The notes under the pieces are model-generated. The model searched no databases. It saw only the letters and a program-made list of their open reading frames with translations, and was not told where the DNA came from. Made by a program: the position numbers and the translations under genes. Of a stretch of DNA of 64,000 nucleotides, positions 59,854-64,000 are shown in pieces. Every line of letters starts with the position of its first letter. The stretch's first letter is position 1. The DNA lies in assembly GCA_050273025.1 (NCBI GenBank), contig CP158636.1:7936001-8000000 (forward strand), written 5' to 3'. This stretch comes from Cenococcum geophilum (taxonomy: Eukaryota).

Positions 59854-60826
59854 TTATTTAGTCTCAAACTTGCCTTCTTTCTCTAGCCACATCCCAAAAT
59901 CCAGCAATCCTGGATGTATCTTCTTCAGCTCCTCAATATTTGCCCCGTAACCCTCATCTTTAAACCACTTGAACATAATTCCGACCTCCTTGACCGCCCA
60001 CAAGAATGTAGTCGAGATGAAGCTAAATGTGGTGGGCATGTCCGTCCCAACCTTTGCCTTAAATATTTCATTTGCTTGGTTAAACGTAAGATTGCACCCT
60101 GCTAGCGAGATAAATCGTCCATTGTATTCCCCTGGCTTCATGAATGCTTGTGCAGCGAAGTATCCAATGTCACTTGTGGAAACAAACTGCAGAGGCTTGT
60201 CACCCAGAGCAGTTTTCCAGGTAGTAGCAAATGCCTTGCCCATGAAATTCGGGGCGAAATTATCCAAAAATGCGGTGGGTCTCAGAACTGTCCATTGCAT
60301 CTCGCCGTTTGCTGTTTTTTCCTCCAGATGGCGCTCGATGTTGTGTTTGCTGATGAAATGGGGGATAGGAGTGGGGTTACTAGAGGACTTGGCACCACCC
60401 CGGTCAACTGATGCGTAAACAAAGTATTTGACACCTTCGGCGAGTGAAACATCAATGAGGTCTTTGCCCTGCTTTTCCTCGGTTTGGGTTGTCTGCCCAT
60501 TGCCCATTGGGACCTTGAAAGCTGTATTTAGTTATGCGTTTTATGGAAAGTTGCGAGGAGTTGGAAGATTGTACCTGAACACTGAAGACGCCCCAGATTG
60601 GCTTGTCCATCACTTCTTTCGCGTTCTTGAATATGGTTGTAGGGTCATTCAGATCTCCTTGAACTAGTTTAATCTTTGGTGACTTCTGCGCAAGCTTCTG
60701 CGCTGATGGAGAAGCTGTGTTGCGAGTTACTGCCAGTATTGTAAAATCGGAGGATGGTAGCAAGGTGTTAACGACAGCTCCGCCTTGCTTGCCAGTGGCT
60801 CCAGTAATTAGCACAGCTTTCGACAT
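59854..60826 (-). CDS. NmrA-like NAD(P)-binding (atypical SDR) protein, ~303 aa; exons 60826-60575 and 60513-59854
   Basis: N-terminal LITGATGKQGGAV Rossmann motif, HFISKHNIE and WTVLRPTAFLDN. 61-nt GT-AG intron at 60574-60514 restores the frame. Confidence 0.92.
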
Positions 60827-61535
60827 GACTGAGAGTTGTATTGTGCAGTCGAAGATCTGTATAGCTATGGGGTGAAGGTTAGGGGTTGTTGGAGGGGAGC
60901 TCTTTGTTATCCCTTCCGCTGGTGTATTTCGTCCTACTGTTATCGGTAAGGGCTGGCCAATAGAATCAATAGGATCAAGGCTCCGTGATTATTTCACCTC
61001 TCGGGATAAGTACATGCATTAGACGATAGTGGTGTAATTAAGATATATTTGCTATTGACGCATTCCATGAGCTTGTTATATATTTTCACCCTGCAGAAGG
61101 CGCCCTTATCTTGTAGCTTGGCTAACTTGCCCAAGAAAGGTAGCCTTGAGCTAGCACTAGATGCTTTAATCATCTCGGTATTTCTGGTCACCGTCGATCG
61201 CGATGCTTACAAACCTGGTGTTGTGGCGAAACTCTTTGGCGTAGTACATACACAGCAATGTGGGAGTTTTGTCATGGATTATGTGACTTCAGAGGAACAT
61301 TGGAAGCATTTGACTAGGCTTCCATTCGCTTCTACGAGCCCTGATTGCTTCAGCCGGCCTCCGCTGTGGCTTGCAGCACCCTCGGAAGTGTGAGAGACGT
61401 CCGACCTTTTTCATCGCGCGGGATCGCCAAACTTTTACCGCTGCCCGCATAATTTCTATGCCCCACAACGCCATATTTGCTCCTAGCAAGACGCAACCAC
61501 CAAAACGAAGGAACTCCACTACAGTATCATCAAAC

Positions 61536-62547
61536 ATGTCAAGAGTTGCTGGGTTAGTAACATTTTATCTCTGTTTTAAAATGCGCTGGCTGACAAGCTT
61601 CTGTACAGACGCACCGATTGGGCGGAAGAAGAAGATGAGGATTCAATCCAGCTCCCACAGCAGCAAATTATCAAGAACAAAGACGGCACCGAAACGATCA
61701 TAACATGGAGTATCCGCGAAGATGGCAAAAAGGTTAAAACAACACGGCGGATTAAGAAGATAGTCGTGAAGCAAGTCGTCAATCCTCGCGTCGCAGAGCG
61801 GAAGCATTGGGCGAAGTTTGGCAATGAAAAGGGCAAACCCGCAGGTCCTCAAACCGACACCACCAGCATCGCAGAGAACATAGCATTTAGGCCAATGGCG
61901 AACTGGAAAGCGTCGGCGGAAGACAAGAGCGAGGCAGAGAAGAAGAAGACCGTCCTGAAGGATGCCAAGATTAAGTGTCGTATTTGCAGCGGTGACCACT
62001 GGACAACGAAATGTCCCTTCAAGGATACGATGGCGCCTGAAGGTGAGCCTAGCGCCGCAGAAATGGACGGTGATGCGCAAGAACAACCAGGAGCTCTTGG
62101 CCAAGGCGGGTCAAGTTATGTGCCTCCTCATCTGCGAAGAGGTGGTGCTGGAGCGGGCGAAAAAATGGGTGGCAAGTATGAGAGGGATGACTTGGCTACT
62201 CTGCGGGTCACCAACGTATGTATTCTTGAGAAATTAGCGTAGATCGAGTGCTAACTTACGATAAAGGTCAGCGAATTTGCCGAAGAACAGGACCTCAGGG
62301 ATATGTTCTCGCGATTTGGTCACGTTACAAGAGTCTTTTTGGCAAAAGACCGGGAGACTGGAAGAGCAAAGGGCTTTGCTTTTGTCAGCTACGCAGACCG
62401 ATCAGATGCTGCGAAAGCTTGTGAGAAGATGGATGGCTGTAAGAAACTCAACCTTGATCCGGCTCGATGAGACACCTGCTGACAAATTTCCTAGATGGCT
62501 TTGGTCACTTGATTCTGAGAGTCGAGTTCGCAAAGAAGTCTACTTAG
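61536..62547 (+). CDS. TIF35: Translation initiation factor eIF3 subunit g; exons 61536-61552, 61609-62215, 62267-62438, 62495-62547
   Basis: [17 protein letters not shown], zinc knuckle [21 protein letters not shown] and a C-terminal RRM (KGFAFVSY...[14 protein letters not shown]). Three GT-AG introns with CTRAC branch sites. Confidence 0.95.
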
Positions 62548-63105
62548 ATGAAATGCTATGACGATAGAAAAGTGGGTGTCTTGGTTGGCGTTCCTATGGG
62601 ATAATGTGAGGCGCACGCATTTGTTCGTCTAGAAAGTCATGTATAGTGAGAGCCTGCTTCATCAAATATCCTCATAATCAATGAAAATCCTCTGAGAGTT
62701 AAAATAAATGTTTTGATTATGAAATCCCATAAACTTCGATGAGGTCAAAGCTATCAGATACTCGAGAGAATATGGTCTTTGCTAGAGCCATATTCTAAAG
62801 CAAACAGTTGCTAGAGGAATATACGTTTTCTTAACCGTTCCTTGGTGATAGGCCTCACCGTATTTATGTTCTTTCAGGGGTCCCTTTAAAACGGTTGATG
62901 CTTTGGTGACCATGATAGGCGGGATCTCTCGGCAGTGCACAGCCACCAACCTTAAGGGCTGAAGCATCAATGGCTGACGAACGCCCTCCACACCTTTTTC
63001 TAAAATACGGGTTCCCCTATGTTTCAACTTGGACTCAAGCAATATGCTTAACTGTCGGTGATCTCCATCCTCCCTTCTACACGACTAGTCAGAACCAGGC
63101 CCGAT

Positions 63106-64000
63106 ATGTCTACGCCGAATCACACGTCATCACGCGCCGAACAGAGCCCTTCGAACGGGAAACCAGTCGGCGGAGAACATGTCGAGCTTAACGAGATTCC
63201 TTCATCGAAGCCGAGTCTTCCGGTGGAGGAGGATATAATGCAGCTGGCAAGGTTAGGCGAAATTGGAGCAATACAGAAGCTGTTTGATAGCGGGAAGTTT
63301 GATGCCAACTACGCGGATGAACAGGGCATTACACCACTTCATGTACGCCCACGCAAGCACTTTAATGTCTGGGAATTTTCGAGGACGCTGCTAACATATC
63401 TATCGTACCTAGTGGGCTGCGATCAATAACCACTACGCCTTATGCCACTTTCTCATCCAGAAAGGCGCCAACATAAACGCCAAAGGCGGAGATGCGGTCG
63501 CTACTCCTGTGCTATGGGCCGCAAAGAGATGCCACTATTACGTGGTTAACCTACTCCTACAACATGGCGCCGACCCTCTGCTCACCGATGACCAAGGCTT
63601 TAACCTTCTTCACTCTGCTACCCTTGACGGGAATGTTTTTCAGTTAGTTCTACTCCTCCACCAGGACATACCCGTGGACATCCCAGATGCGCAATCACAT
63701 ACACCGTTGATGTGGGCGGCATACAAAGGATTTCCCTCATGTGTGGATCTGTTTTTACGGTGGGGCGCAAATGTCTACGCAAGAGACGACCAAGGGTTTA
63801 CAGCTTTACACTGGGCGCTGGTGAAAGGATCTCAAGGCTCAATGCAAAGGTTGATTGAATACGGCTCGGATAGATTTGCAAAGAACAATGACGGCAAAAC
63901 CCCTGCGGCAACAGCAAAAGAAATGAACAGCCTTCGACAATGGCACCGCGCTCTCTCAGAATGTGGCTACAATGCCGATGGGACTTCAAGGGACTTTCCC
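63106..64000 (+). CDS. AKR1: Ankyrin-repeat palmitoyltransferase Akr1, 5' part; exons 63106-63342 and 63413->64000
   Basis: [27 protein letters not shown]...[21 protein letters not shown] and successive ankyrin repeats typical of fungal Akr1. The DHHC domain would lie beyond the window. Confidence 0.88.

Noticed and set aside
41105..60826. Possible Starship cargo region or secondary-metabolite cluster (accessory genes, MFS, NmrA-like)
   Set aside because: No tyrosine-recombinase captain, no element boundary and no PKS/NRPS backbone is visible in the window. It cannot be excluded from outside context.

Overview
Filamentous ascomycete (Pezizomycotina) genomic DNA at the border between a RIP-mutated transposon block and ordinary genes. 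Positions 1-40950 are a deeply nested, AT-rich block of dead elements, most of them delimited by target-site duplications (TSDs). It holds four Ty1/Copia copies or parts, one large chromoviral Ty3/Gypsy element, a gag-only LTR element, a 1.5 kb non-coding LTR element, a solo LTR, a hAT transposon, and three non-autonomous TIR elements that carry the same 12-bp satellite. Positions 41105-49794 hold a divergent pair of intron-less, bacterial-looking genes with a mimp-like MITE between them. The first is an intact 920-aa protein with an N-terminal CBM5/12-type chitin-binding module and a Ser/Thr-rich, pore-forming-toxin-like core. The second is a ~536-aa Ig-like plus alpha/beta-hydrolase-like gene split by a hAT transposon. 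Positions 50824-59260 are an MFS transporter pseudogene with a stack of nested insertions at one TA site. Positions 59854-64000 are ordinary intron-containing genes: NmrA-like, eIF3g/TIF35 and the 5' part of AKR1. All protein-family calls come from motifs read by eye; no database search was run.
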